From a bacterium (lineage in GTDB: Bacteria; JAMCPX01), in contig JAJYLN010000007.1 in the NCBI GenBank assembly GCA_021787665.1, positions 10,135 to 74,134 of the forward strand: 64,000 nt of DNA, in the 5' to 3' direction. A program made the position numbers and the translations under genes. The notes below the pieces were generated by a model. The model did not search any database and was not told the DNA's origin. It saw only the letters and a program-made list of their open reading frames with translations. Of the stretch, positions 21,272 to 33,569 are shown piece after piece (the stretch's first letter is position 1; each line of letters starts with the position of its first letter).

Positions 21272-22048
21272 TCACCTCCATCTCTCTGATTCGAGCACTC
21301 TGTGCGTTAGGAAAAGGAAGAAAAAAATGCCGCTCAGGTAGTACACGATGTCCCTCGTATCTATAATCCCCTTTATCATGTTCTGGAAATGGATGTCTAT
21401 GAGCGAGAGATAGCTCAGGAAGGCCGACAGTCCCGGGCTGACTCCGTGCGACACCCACCCTATCGCCCAGAACAGGAGCAGGAGCCCGAAGGTTATGACT
21501 GCGGCGACTATCTGGTTCTCCGTAATGCTCGAGGCGAACATGCCGATGGCGATCATCATCGAGCCCATGAGGAACATGCCGAGGTACGTCGAAAGGATGA
21601 TACCCATGTCCGGCGACCCGTAGATTACCAGGAACACGGGGATCGACAGCGTGAGGACGAGCATGACGCCGAAGACAAGGCATGCGGAGACGAACTTCCC
21701 GATCAAGATATCGGTCAGCGTCACCGGCGAAGTCATGAGGAGTTCCTTTGTCCCGTTCCTCTTCTCTTCGGCAAAGGTCTTCATGGTGACGATCGGCATA
21801 ATCAGAAGGAGGATCACAGCGATGTTCGCGTACATGGGCTTCACGATATAGTCGTTGATGTTCAGCGATGTAATATATCCCTGGTACTTCATGTACTGGA
21901 GGCTCACGAAGTTGTAGAGCTGTATCCTCACGTAGAAGAAGTAGCCCCCTAGGAGCGTGAATATACCCAGGATCACGTAGGCGATGGGCGACGCAAAGTA
22001 AGAGACCAATTCCTTTTTCACTATCGACCAGATCTTTCCCGGGTTCAT
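21272..22048 (-). CDS. ABC transporter permease (GldF-like)
   Basis: KELVSYFASPIAY, AEEKRNGTKELLMTSP, TENQIVA. Confidence 0.88.
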   Translation of the reverse strand: MNPGKIWSIVKKELVSYFASPIAYVILGIFTLLGGYFFYVRIQLYNFVSLQYMKYQGYITSLNINDYIVKPMYANIAVILLLIMPIVTMKTFAEEKRNGTKELLMTSPVTLTDILIGKFVSACLVFGVMLVLTLSIPVFLVIYGSPDMGIILSTYLGMFLMGSMMIAIGMFASSITENQIVAAVITFGLLLLFWAIGWVSHGVSPGLSAFLSYLSLIDIHFQNMIKGIIDTRDIVYYLSGIFFFLFLTHRVLESERWR

Positions 22049-22977
22049 TGTATACCTCCTCTGTCCTGCGAGAGCAGCTTTATATACACCTCTTCGAGGC
22101 TGACGACCTTTGAGGAGAACTCCACGATGGGATACCCCGCCTTTAAAACTGCGTCCGTGATACGCTCAGGCCCCTTGAAGCCGGTGTCCACCGTAATCGC
22201 GAGTCCGTCGTCCTGCCTCTCCACGTCCTTTATACCGTCTATGGACTTGAGCAGTCGGACGACTCCATCGTCCTGTTTGCCCGTCACGAGGCGGTACGTT
22301 CTCTCCCGGTAGATATCGTCCGAGAGCATATTATAGTCCCCACCAGCGAGCAGCCTGCCGTCGTTTATCACGAGGACCCTGTTGCAGGTAACAGTGACCT
22401 CAGGGAGCACGTGGGTGCTCAGGATGATGGTGTGGTCCTTCCCGAGCTCCCTGATAAGGTTTCGTATTTCAATGATCTGCTCCGGATCGAGTCCCACCGT
22501 TGGCTCATCGAGTATCAGGATGGAGGGGTTACTCAGAAGGGCCTGGGCAATACCGACCCTCTGCCGGTAACCCCGGGAGAGGTTGCCAACGAGCCTGTCC
22601 TTCACCCGTTCAAGACCGATCTGCTGCACGACGCGGTCGATGGCATTCTTGCCGTACTGGCCTGACAGACCCTTGATCCCTGCCATAAACTTCAGGTACC
22701 CGAGTACCGTCATTTCCGGATAGGCAGGCGCGAGTTCCGGGAGATAGCCAATGATGCTTCTCACACGGACAGGCTCCTTCCGCAGATCGTACCCGTCGAC
22801 CACCACCTCGCCCGACGTGGGCGATAAATAGCCTGTGATGATGCGCATTGTCGTGGTCTTTCCTGCACCATTCGGACCGAGGAAGCCCAACACCTCACCC
22901 TTCTCCACGGTGAAGGAAATGCCGTTCAGCACCGTCCTATCGCCGTATTTCTTCGTTATGTTCTTTAGCTCAATCAT
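22045..22977 (-). CDS. ABC transporter ATP-binding protein (GldA-like)
   Basis: GPNGAGKTT, LSRGYRQR, ILDEPTVGLDP. Confidence 0.92.
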   Translation of the reverse strand: MIELKNITKKYGDRTVLNGISFTVEKGEVLGFLGPNGAGKTTTMRIITGYLSPTSGEVVVDGYDLRKEPVRVRSIIGYLPELAPAYPEMTVLGYLKFMAGIKGLSGQYGKNAIDRVVQQIGLERVKDRLVGNLSRGYRQRVGIAQALLSNPSILILDEPTVGLDPEQIIEIRNLIRELGKDHTIILSTHVLPEVTVTCNRVLVINDGRLLAGGDYNMLSDDIYRERTYRLVTGKQDDGVVRLLKSIDGIKDVERQDDGLAITVDTGFKGPERITDAVLKAGYPIVEFSSKVVSLEEVYIKLLSQDRGGIQ

Positions 22978-23051
22978 ACGATACACCCCTTTTTTGCACT
23001 GGTATGGTATTGTTATAACAAAATAAAAGAAGCAATTTCAAGGCGCTGTCG

Positions 23052-25352
23052 TCACGTCACTACCGATGCGAGCGTTGCATCCGAAACGACGTCCTCGGCA
23101 CTGATCTTCACGTCAATGGCGCCATTGTTTATATAGAGGTCGAACTTCTTGGCACTGTCCCAGTTGGCGGTCAGGGGGATCTTGACGAGTTGGTCTATCG
23201 TCCTTTTCAGCAGTCTCGCTCCGTACTTCTGGCTATAGCCGTTGGCAACGATATAATCTATGGCCTCTTCCGTTACGGACAGGTACCTGTCCTGCCTCTC
23301 CATCTGCTTCATGATCTGGCCAATGTATCTGCGCGCGATGTCCTTTACCGTCTCATACTCCAGCGGGTTGAAGACGATCACCTCGTCTATCCTGTTCAGG
23401 AACTCCGGCGAGAATATCCTCTCAGCTTCGGCGATAACGGACTTCCTCATAGGGCCGAGCCCTTCCCGGGAGTCCTTCAGGAAACCGAGCGGCTGCATGA
23501 ACTTCTTGAACTGGTCCGCGCCAAGGTTGCTCGTCATGACGATGATAGTGTCGCTGAAATATATCTTTTTGCCCCTCCCGTCGGTGAGCCAGCCCTCGTC
23601 GAAGACCTGGAGCAGGAGGTTATGAATGAAGCCGTTGGCCTTCTCGATCTCGTCGAGGAGGACCACCGAAGACGGGTTGTCCCTCACCATATTGGTGAGT
23701 ATCCCTCCCCTCTCGGAGCCCACGATGCCCCTGGGCATGCCTATGAGCTTGTCGATGGCTATAGACGAATCGGAATACTCCGACATGTCGATCCGTACGA
23801 TCTTACGCTCGTCCTCATAGAAGAACTCCGCCAGTGCCTTGGCCAGCTCCGTCTTGCCTACGCCGGTCGGCCCCAGGAACAGGAGCACCGCATCCGGCCT
23901 ATTGTAGTTCTCCTTCAGGGGGCCTTTGTTCAATCTGATGTAGTCCGTCACGGTCTTAATGGCTTCCGGCTGTCCCCTGACCCTGCGGGAGAGTATCTCC
24001 TCGATATGCAGGAAGCGCTGGGCTACGTCCCTCGACACCATATCGAGCGGTATCTGGGATTCCTGCGCAACGACCTCTTTCACCGTTTCGACCGTGACGA
24101 CCTCCTCGTTCTTGATCTCGGTCTTGACCGACGAGGTATCGAGCCATCCAATCACCTTGTCCGGCAGCCGGACGGACTTGTTGTACCGCTGGCTCATCTC
24201 GACGGCGACGTCCACTGCCTCCTGCGGTATCGTCACCGAGTACAGCTTTTCGAGCCGCGGGATCACTCCCTCGAGGATCGTCTTCGCCTCACCGAATGAC
24301 GGCTCCTTGACATGGACCAGCCTGAACCTTCGTGCAAGCGCCTCGTCTTCCGCTATGAACTCCTTATACTCGGTGTATGTCGTCGCGCCGATGATCTGGA
24401 CCTCGCCCCTCGCGAGACTGGACTTGAATATGTTTGCGGCGTCGCTCGGAACGCCCATCGCGGAGCCCGCTCCCACGAGACTGTGCGCCTCATCGACGAA
24501 CAGGATGATGTTCTGGCGTTCCTTCAGCTCCTTAATGATGCGCTCTATCCTGTCCTCGAACATTCCCCGGAACATCGTCCCGGCAACGATGGTATTCATC
24601 TGCAGGTTGACGATCTGCTTATCCTCAAGCCTATGAGGGATCCGGTCAGGTTCGAGCTCTATAAGCCGAGCAAGGCCTTCCACGATCGCCGTCTTGCCCA
24701 CGCCGGCCTCCCCCACGAGCATGACGGAGTTGCTCCTCTCCCGGTGCGAGAGGATCTCCATGATCTGATCCAGCTCCTTCTCTCGCCCTATCAGGGGCGG
24801 CAGCTTGTCCAGCCGCGCCAGCTTGTTGAGGTTGGTCCCGAACTGCTTCAAGTACGGCGGAAGCTCGTACTTCTTCTTGAGCTCCTTCTCTTTTTCTTCG
24901 CGTTTCCTCACGAGCCGCTCTATCTCTATGATGACGGTTCTCGGGTCGTACCCGAAACCACGCAGGAGCTGTACCGGATAGCAGTGCCCCTCCTCGAACA
25001 TCGCCACCAGAAGGTCCACCGGCATGATGACCTGTTTGCCCTCGCGGCGTATATTTTCCAGCGCGATCTGTATGATGGTATTCGTGTCGGGAAGAAACTT
25101 GACTCCCCTCGTAACGAAGTACTTGGAGTTGTTCAGGTGTTCCTTCAGGAGATCCTCTATCAGTCTCCTCTCGATGCCCAGTGCATTGGTGAGGTCGTTG
25201 TAAAACTCCTTCTCGAGCGTAATGAACGCAAGGAACAGGTGCTCTACACCAACATAGAACTGCTGCCGTTTCTTGGAGTCGTCGATCGCGAGGTTGATCA
25301 CTGCCTGGGTCCGCTCCGCAAGCCTATCCTTATAGTTGGTCAAATCGAACAT
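23052..25352 (-). CDS. Class I Clp/Hsp100 ATPase (ClpA-like, no middle coiled-coil), divergent
   Basis: Clp N domain; GEAGVGKT/FVDEAH and GPTGVGKT/LLDEIEK; LGF loop; PEFLNRID. Confidence 0.88.
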   Translation of the reverse strand: MFDLTNYKDRLAERTQAVINLAIDDSKKRQQFYVGVEHLFLAFITLEKEFYNDLTNALGIERRLIEDLLKEHLNNSKYFVTRGVKFLPDTNTIIQIALENIRREGKQVIMPVDLLVAMFEEGHCYPVQLLRGFGYDPRTVIIEIERLVRKREEKEKELKKKYELPPYLKQFGTNLNKLARLDKLPPLIGREKELDQIMEILSHRERSNSVMLVGEAGVGKTAIVEGLARLIELEPDRIPHRLEDKQIVNLQMNTIVAGTMFRGMFEDRIERIIKELKERQNIILFVDEAHSLVGAGSAMGVPSDAANIFKSSLARGEVQIIGATTYTEYKEFIAEDEALARRFRLVHVKEPSFGEAKTILEGVIPRLEKLYSVTIPQEAVDVAVEMSQRYNKSVRLPDKVIGWLDTSSVKTEIKNEEVVTVETVKEVVAQESQIPLDMVSRDVAQRFLHIEEILSRRVRGQPEAIKTVTDYIRLNKGPLKENYNRPDAVLLFLGPTGVGKTELAKALAEFFYEDERKIVRIDMSEYSDSSIAIDKLIGMPRGIVGSERGGILTNMVRDNPSSVVLLDEIEKANGFIHNLLLQVFDEGWLTDGRGKKIYFSDTIIVMTSNLGADQFKKFMQPLGFLKDSREGLGPMRKSVIAEAERIFSPEFLNRIDEVIVFNPLEYETVKDIARRYIGQIMKQMERQDRYLSVTEEAIDYIVANGYSQKYGARLLKRTIDQLVKIPLTANWDSAKKFDLYINNGAIDVKISAEDVVSDATLASVVT

Positions 25353-25367
25353 CTGTCGCTCTCTCCA

Positions 25368-26210
25368 TTACTTAGTATAGATCATTTTCTCCAATCTATC
25401 AATCCTAGCCTCAAGGGGCGGATGCGTGCTGAAGAGAGACACCATTCCTTTTCCCAGGAACGGCGATACGATAAACAGGTGTGCTGTCGAAGGATTTGTC
25501 TGCATCGGCATTCTCTGGTTCCCGTACTCGAGCTTTTTCAGGGCCGAGATAAGCCCGCTCGGGCTTCCCGTGAGCTTCGCGCTGCCCTCGTCGGCGTAGA
25601 ACTCCCTGGATCGCGATATCGCGAGCTGTATGATGCTCGCGGCGATGGGCGCGAGAATGGCGAAAAAGAGCATCACGAACACATTGTTTCTGTTCCTGCT
25701 GTTGAATCCGCCGAACAGGTCGGCAAACATCGCCATCCGTGCGAGCAGGATGATAGCGCCGGCTATCGTCGCGGATATGCTGCTGATAAGAATGTCCCGA
25801 TGAGCGACATGCGAGAGCTCGTGACCGAGCACACCCTCCATCTCTTCCTCGTTCATACTATCGAGCAGGCCCTGCGTGACAGCCACCGCGGCATGCTCGG
25901 CACTGCGGCCCGTCGCAAACGCGTTCGGGGTCGGACTCTGAATAAGGTACACCCTCGGCATCGGCAGGCCTGCCTTCGTCGTCAGTTTTCTGATGATAAA
26001 GAACAGCCGCGTTGCCTCTGATTCCGAGAGCTCGCGTGCCTTGTACATCGCCAGAATGATCCTATCTGAAAACCAGTAGCTGAAAAAGTTCATCGCCACA
26101 GCAATAAAGAACGCTATCAGCATACCGTTCTCGCCTCCGAGTGCTCCCCCAATCAATACCAGCAGGCCCGTGAGCGTACCGAGCAGTAACACCGTTTTTA
26201 GTTGGTTCAT
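25368..26210 (-). CDS. htpX: Zinc metalloprotease HtpX
   Basis: PNAFATGR, HELSH, SRSREFYAD, FSTHPP. Confidence 0.93.
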   Translation of the reverse strand: MNQLKTVLLLGTLTGLLVLIGGALGGENGMLIAFFIAVAMNFFSYWFSDRIILAMYKARELSESEATRLFFIIRKLTTKAGLPMPRVYLIQSPTPNAFATGRSAEHAAVAVTQGLLDSMNEEEMEGVLGHELSHVAHRDILISSISATIAGAIILLARMAMFADLFGGFNSRNRNNVFVMLFFAILAPIAASIIQLAISRSREFYADEGSAKLTGSPSGLISALKKLEYGNQRMPMQTNPSTAHLFIVSPFLGKGMVSLFSTHPPLEARIDRLEKMIYTK

Positions 26211-26229
26211 ACGTTCGAACTCCTTTCGC

Positions 26230-27171
26230 CTAATTTTCGCTTTTGAAAAATTTAAGCCGCTTGTCTGAGAAGTCAATACGCCTTCCTCCCAGCAGACTGA
26301 TCAGCATGCCGTGCAGCAGGCCTTTCGATGACAGGTAGCACCGGCCCATGCCCAACGATTCCATGATCCGTAAAAGGATCATGAGTCCCGGGAGAAGGAT
26401 GTCGGCCTTGTCTTCCTCGAGGCTGGTGAGAGACCGTATCTGACCGATGGTCATCGCGGAAAGCTTTCCGTAAAACGTCCTGAGGTCCTCTAAGGCGAGC
26501 CCATCAGACGGCTTCAGCATATTGTAGATGGTGCCTATATTGCCTGGCACGCCTATCTGTATGTCCGGCCTCAACGTCCGAATCTTCACGAACGTGTCTT
26601 TAAAATCGCCTTCGACAGATGATACCACCGCCGCGAGCTCTCGGCGTGTCGGCGGATCGTGGTGCAGGAAGGCCTCCCTCAATCGTACCGCGCCGGTTTC
26701 TACGGCCAGAGCGACCTGAATGCTCTCACGATCGCCCACGGACAGTTCCGTGCTGCCTCCGCCGATATCGACCACGAACGCCAGCCTACCGGCAACGTCG
26801 ATACCGTTCACCGCGCCGGTATGAATAAGCATCGCCTCGTCTGTACCCGCTATTATCTCCACGTGAAAGCCTGTCTTTTGTCTGACAAGATCCACGAACT
26901 GCCTCGCGTTCTTGGCCGTTCTTAAAACGCTCGTGGACACGACGCGCAGCGTGTCTATATGATACCCCCCGATGATCGATCGCACGTCATCGAACGCCTC
27001 CAGCGTCCGCTCTATAGCATGTCGCTTCAGCATCCCGTCGGAAAACATGCCCTGACTGAGCCTGTTGGGGTAGCGGACATACTTTACGAGCGTGTAACTC
27101 TGCGGATCTCCCTCCCCTATAGCGAGCCTCATGGCATTCGTCCCCAGATCAACGACGGCTACCTGTCTCAT
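26230..27171 (-). CDS. Ppx/GppA family phosphatase (short form)
   Basis: DLGTNAMR, DIGGGSTE. Confidence 0.85.
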   Translation of the reverse strand: MRQVAVVDLGTNAMRLAIGEGDPQSYTLVKYVRYPNRLSQGMFSDGMLKRHAIERTLEAFDDVRSIIGGYHIDTLRVVSTSVLRTAKNARQFVDLVRQKTGFHVEIIAGTDEAMLIHTGAVNGIDVAGRLAFVVDIGGGSTELSVGDRESIQVALAVETGAVRLREAFLHHDPPTRRELAAVVSSVEGDFKDTFVKIRTLRPDIQIGVPGNIGTIYNMLKPSDGLALEDLRTFYGKLSAMTIGQIRSLTSLEEDKADILLPGLMILLRIMESLGMGRCYLSSKGLLHGMLISLLGGRRIDFSDKRLKFFKSEN

Positions 27172-27241
27172 ATCAAAAGATAGTATCTATCACCAAGCCG
27201 GTACAGTCAAGGACCGCCCAGGGCATCTCGCAACGGCTACT

Positions 27242-27892
27242 CTAAAACAGGAATCTGTACCCGGCCATGACTTCATAGCCTCCCACGTTCACCGTGGAAC
27301 CGGGGAAGACTGAGTACTGATCTATCGGGACTGAGAGCTCGGCGGTGACTGCGCCGTTGCCCCCGACCACGAAGTCCGAGCCTACGACCGCCTCCAGGCC
27401 GAGGCCGTACGCGGTAACGCTGCCGTAACCATAGTAGCCCTGGCCCGTCGACGTATCGAATGCAGAGCTGTTGTATACGAGACCGACGCCCAGAAACGGT
27501 ATTATGTTGTTCAACGGGAATCTACCGAGCGCGTCCAGCTTGAGCGCTACGTTGCTGAAGTCCATGGTATAGGAATAATAGGTAGCCGTTTGTGTATCGT
27601 AGTTTGTTCCGCTCCAGCTCGAAACGCCGGTATAGTCGAGCTCGACTCCCAAGGCGAAGTAGTCCCCGAAATTGAAGCGGCTGTCCACCCCGATCCCGAT
27701 CCCCGTGCTAAAATCCTTCAGGCCGTCTGAATCCTGGTTCGGGAAAAACCCGATAAGCTTGACACCGACGGACCCGTTATGCCCCCTTGTACCGTACTGA
27801 TACGGATACGGATACTGTGCAACGGCAGTACCGCAAAGGACAAGCACCAATCCTCCTACCATCACGCCAGCTTTACTCATACTCTTTTTCAT
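27242..27892 (-). CDS. Outer-membrane beta-barrel protein
   Basis: Signal peptide ending AVA, amphipathic strands, C-terminal GYRFLF. Confidence 0.75.
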   Translation of the reverse strand: MKKSMSKAGVMVGGLVLVLCGTAVAQYPYPYQYGTRGHNGSVGVKLIGFFPNQDSDGLKDFSTGIGIGVDSRFNFGDYFALGVELDYTGVSSWSGTNYDTQTATYYSYTMDFSNVALKLDALGRFPLNNIIPFLGVGLVYNSSAFDTSTGQGYYGYGSVTAYGLGLEAVVGSDFVVGGNGAVTAELSVPIDQYSVFPGSTVNVGGYEVMAGYRFLF

Positions 27893-27919
27893 GTTCTCCC
27901 CCACCTCCATGTAGAGTAA

Positions 27920-30004
<2,085 letters not shown>

Positions 30005-30044
30005 TTACCATCCTTCTATGAACAGTACAAAGCGCGTCTCGCAT

Positions 30045-30072
30045 TTGACAATTTGAATAAAATAAGTACACT
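30045..30072 (+). promoter_or_regulatory. sigma70 promoter for the BTAD regulator
   Basis: TTGACA-16-TACACT. Confidence 0.5.
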
Positions 30073-30109
30073 CTAACATATCTAATTGATTCATTTATTA
30101 AATACAACC

Positions 30110-33100
30110 ATGAAATTTAATAAATCGTACAGAACATGCGACATCTATCATGGCGTCTATAAAATCAGTAAGCCCGAGGTGGGCGACGTAGTCATGAGGA
30201 GACGACTCTTCCGAATACTGGATAGCTTCAGGTCAAAGCCCGTCATCTGGCTGTCCGGCGTGCCGGGTGCCGGCAAGACGATACTCGCGGTCAGCTACTT
30301 GAACAGCCGCAAAATTCCGTACCTGTACTATCGCATGGAGGGGAGCGACACGGACCTTGCCACGTTCTTCTATTATCTGGGTATGGCGCTGGGGAATGCC
30401 CGATCCGGCAAGACACCTTTTGGACGATATAGCGGAACACGCGCCGGACAACTCGCCAGTCTGCCGCTCCTCACGCCCGAATACCGACTGGACGTCCCTG
30501 CATTCACCCGGTGGTTCTTTAACGAGTTCTACGGCATGATAGGGCACGAGAAAAGACTGGTTATCGTCTTCGACAATTATCAGGAAGTGCCCGCAGACTC
30601 CATGCTCCACGCCGTGATCGGCGAAGGGCTCTCGATGCTCCCCGAGGACGTGCACGCTGTCATAATAAGCAAAGGCGATCCGCCCCCGGCGTTTACGCCG
30701 CTGCGCATGGGCAACAAGATGGGGTTCGTCACGGACAAAGAGGTCCGGTTCACCCTGCCCGAGACCGTGGGCCTGCTGCACCGCATGGGGATAGTCCGTC
30801 CCGGTACGTCCGGATCGAAACAATTCCACGAGATGGCCGAGGGATGGGCGGCGGGTCTGGTTCTGCTGACGGAGGAATACAGAAGGGTGCCGGCCCAGCA
30901 AAAGCCATCGCTGCCCGACAAGGCGCTCCTATCGGAAAGATTGTTCGGCTACTTTGCGGACCACATCTTCGGCCGGCTGGACAAAGAATTGCAGGACTTT
31001 CTGCTGAGGACGTCTTTTCTGACGAAGGTAACGGCCGCGGCGGCCAGGGAGATGACCGGCGCAAAGCACCCGGAAGACATACTCGGCTATCTTCACCGGA
31101 ACAACTACTTCACGGTCAAGCTCGCGTCCCCGGAGCCCGCATACCACTACCACTCGCTCTTCCGGGAATTCTTGCTGTCACACGCGAGAGCGACTTTTAC
31201 CGAAGACGAGCTCCGCTCCGTCATGGCGCAGGCGGCCCGGCTCCTCGCCCAGTCTGGAGAGTTCGAAGAGGCGGCGAAGCTACTGGCGCGCGCGGGCGCA
31301 TGGCCCGATTTCACAAGTCTCGTCGTTGCCCATGCGCCTTCACTGCTCGCGCAGGGACGCAACCAGGTCCTGATACAATGGTTCAAACAAATGGATCAGA
31401 AGGCGGTTGCAGGAAATCCGTGGCTGCTGTACTGGTACGGTCTTTCGATATTCCCCTTCTCGCTGCCGGAGAGCCGCGCGTACCTCGAAAAGGCCTTTGC
31501 ATTGTTCAAAGAGCAGTCCGATGAAAACGGCATCTACCTGTCCTGGGCGAACGTCGTAAGGACGTACTGTATCGAATGGAACAGCTTTAAGCCGATCGAC
31601 AGCTGGCTCGACACGATAAACGGCTTCCTCGAACGCGTACCGCTGCCCCCGGGTGAGTCGGGGACCTACTTTATCTCGGTTATGCTTCTTGCACTGCTCT
31701 ATCGCAGGCCAAAATACGAAGACATAGCGCCGTGGCTCCTGCGTGCAGAGGAGATCGTGCTGTCCGGCAAAGGCACAGACATGCGTACCAGGATTATGAT
31801 CGGCAGCTACCTGATGCTATATTACTCGTGGACCGGGGATATCTCTAAAATGGAAGTCCTGATGAACACGCTCAGACCGCCGTTCAGGCATTACGACACG
31901 CGGAAGGACACGGCAAGGTCCACCGCAGACGGGCAGGGAACCATAACGCCACTCGATATGATCCAGTGGCAGATCGTCGAGTCTATATATGCATGGCAGA
32001 CGCTCTCCGCGGAAATCTCCTCTGCCATCGAAACGGGCATCGGCATAGCGAATAGCTACGGCCTGCACCTGTGGGACCACATACTGTATTCGCAGGGCGT
32101 ATATTATGCCCTCAGCGTCAACGACATGCCTGCCGCGGGCATGTATTTAGACAAGATGTCGAAGGGGGTAAACGTCAATAGTCTGGTGGACTGCTCGCAT
32201 TTTTATTATCTGAAGAGCTGGTACAGCCACGCGCAGGGCAAGCTGCCCCTGGCGATCGAATATGGAGAGAGCGCCCTGCGGAACGCAGTTCAGGCGGGCG
32301 CTGTCTTCCCGGAGATCCTATGCAGGCTCGGACTTGCACGGGTACAAACTGCGGCCGGCAATTACGGAAAGGCGCGCGAAAACGCCGCGCGTGCGGAAAG
32401 GCTCTCGCGCGACATGCGGTGCATCATGGGACAATGCTATTACCATTTGCTGGAAGCCCAGATCGCGTTCGAGCGGGGCGATGAAGAGCGTGGCATCGAG
32501 TCACTGCGGCAGGGCATGAAGATAGGGAGGGAACAGGGATACATCAACAACTGGCGCTGGATGCACGAACCCATGCTCTTCCTGTGTCTGCGAGCACTCC
32601 GGTACAGCATCGAAGTACCGTATGTGCGCATGCTCATCAAGAGGCGCGGCCTCTTGCCGGACCCCCGCTCACTCGACAGGTACGGCATCGATTCCCTGTC
32701 CGATGTAGAAAACTGGCCGTGGACGCTGGACATACGTACCCTCGGCGGCTTCGAGCTTATCAAAGAGGACGACGACGGCAAGCCTGTCGAGTCCCCTGTC
32801 CAGGGCAAGGTGCAAAAGATGCCGCTCGCCTTGCTCAAGGTGGTGATCGCCTCCGGCGGCACGGATGTACGGGAAGAGTCCGTCGTGGACGCACTTTGGC
32901 CCGAGGCGGAAGGCGATAGGACGCACACCGCCTTCTCCACGACCTTGCAGCGTCTCAGGCAGCTTATGGGCAGCGAGAGATGCATCAGGCTCAAAGAAGG
33001 CCGATTGTCCCTCGACCCGCTGGAGTGCAGGCTCGACGTATGGGAATTCGACCGCCTTCTCGACAAGGCCGACGCGCTGTGGAAGCACGACAGGGACAAG

Positions 33101-33481
33101 GCCGTCGGGCTGATAGACAAGGCCGTCGGGCTTTACCGAGGAGGCTTTTTGCCTGAAGACGTCGGCGCGGGGTGGACTACCTCCATGAGGGAGCGCATGA
33201 GGAGCAAGTTCATTCGCGCCCTCCACAGACTTGGGCATTACTGTGAAGAGCAGGGCGCATACGACAAAGCAGCAGGGGACTACACAAAGGGGCTCGAAGC
33301 GGACGACCTGTCCGAGGAGTTCTACCAGTCCCTCATGTTGTGCTACCATGCGATGGGCAGAGACGCGGAGGCTCTCTCGGTCTACCGCACGTGCCGACGT
33401 ATCCTGCATGACGTTCTGAACATAGCGCCTTCCTCGAAGACCGAGTCCATCTACCGGGACATCAAGAGCGCCCCCCAATAA
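30110..33481 (+). CDS. Large MalT-like ATPase/TPR transcriptional activator with C-terminal SARP wHTH + BTAD
   Basis: GVPGAGKT, VFDNYQ, EGWAAGL, YHSLFREFL; C-terminal TLGGFEL, DALWPE, LQRLR, LYRGGFL, SEEFYQSLM; start uncertain (30086 TTG or 30110 ATG). Confidence 0.85.
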   Translation: MKFNKSYRTCDIYHGVYKISKPEVGDVVMRRRLFRILDSFRSKPVIWLSGVPGAGKTILAVSYLNSRKIPYLYYRMEGSDTDLATFFYYLGMALGNARSGKTPFGRYSGTRAGQLASLPLLTPEYRLDVPAFTRWFFNEFYGMIGHEKRLVIVFDNYQEVPADSMLHAVIGEGLSMLPEDVHAVIISKGDPPPAFTPLRMGNKMGFVTDKEVRFTLPETVGLLHRMGIVRPGTSGSKQFHEMAEGWAAGLVLLTEEYRRVPAQQKPSLPDKALLSERLFGYFADHIFGRLDKELQDFLLRTSFLTKVTAAAAREMTGAKHPEDILGYLHRNNYFTVKLASPEPAYHYHSLFREFLLSHARATFTEDELRSVMAQAARLLAQSGEFEEAAKLLARAGAWPDFTSLVVAHAPSLLAQGRNQVLIQWFKQMDQKAVAGNPWLLYWYGLSIFPFSLPESRAYLEKAFALFKEQSDENGIYLSWANVVRTYCIEWNSFKPIDSWLDTINGFLERVPLPPGESGTYFISVMLLALLYRRPKYEDIAPWLLRAEEIVLSGKGTDMRTRIMIGSYLMLYYSWTGDISKMEVLMNTLRPPFRHYDTRKDTARSTADGQGTITPLDMIQWQIVESIYAWQTLSAEISSAIETGIGIANSYGLHLWDHILYSQGVYYALSVNDMPAAGMYLDKMSKGVNVNSLVDCSHFYYLKSWYSHAQGKLPLAIEYGESALRNAVQAGAVFPEILCRLGLARVQTAAGNYGKARENAARAERLSRDMRCIMGQCYYHLLEAQIAFERGDEERGIESLRQGMKIGREQGYINNWRWMHEPMLFLCLRALRYSIEVPYVRMLIKRRGLLPDPRSLDRYGIDSLSDVENWPWTLDIRTLGGFELIKEDDDGKPVESPVQGKVQKMPLALLKVVIASGGTDVREESVVDALWPEAEGDRTHTAFSTTLQRLRQLMGSERCIRLKEGRLSLDPLECRLDVWEFDRLLDKADALWKHDRDKAVGLIDKAVGLYRGGFLPEDVGAGWTTSMRERMRSKFIRALHRLGHYCEEQGAYDKAAGDYTKGLEADDLSEEFYQSLMLCYHAMGRDAEALSVYRTCRRILHDVLNIAPSSKTESIYRDIKSAPQ

Positions 33482-33533
33482 CACACCTCAAGACGCGAAG
33501 ATTGCGGTTTAGGTTGAAATCCGTGTCCGATTC

Positions 33534-33553
33534 ACTATGTTCTGGTACATAGT
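33534..33553. promoter_or_regulatory. 7-bp inverted repeat (operator-like) upstream of the MFS gene
   Basis: ACTATGT-N6-ACATAGT overlapping a putative -10 TAGTTT. Confidence 0.4.
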
Positions 33554-33569
33554 TTCCGGGTAAACACAC

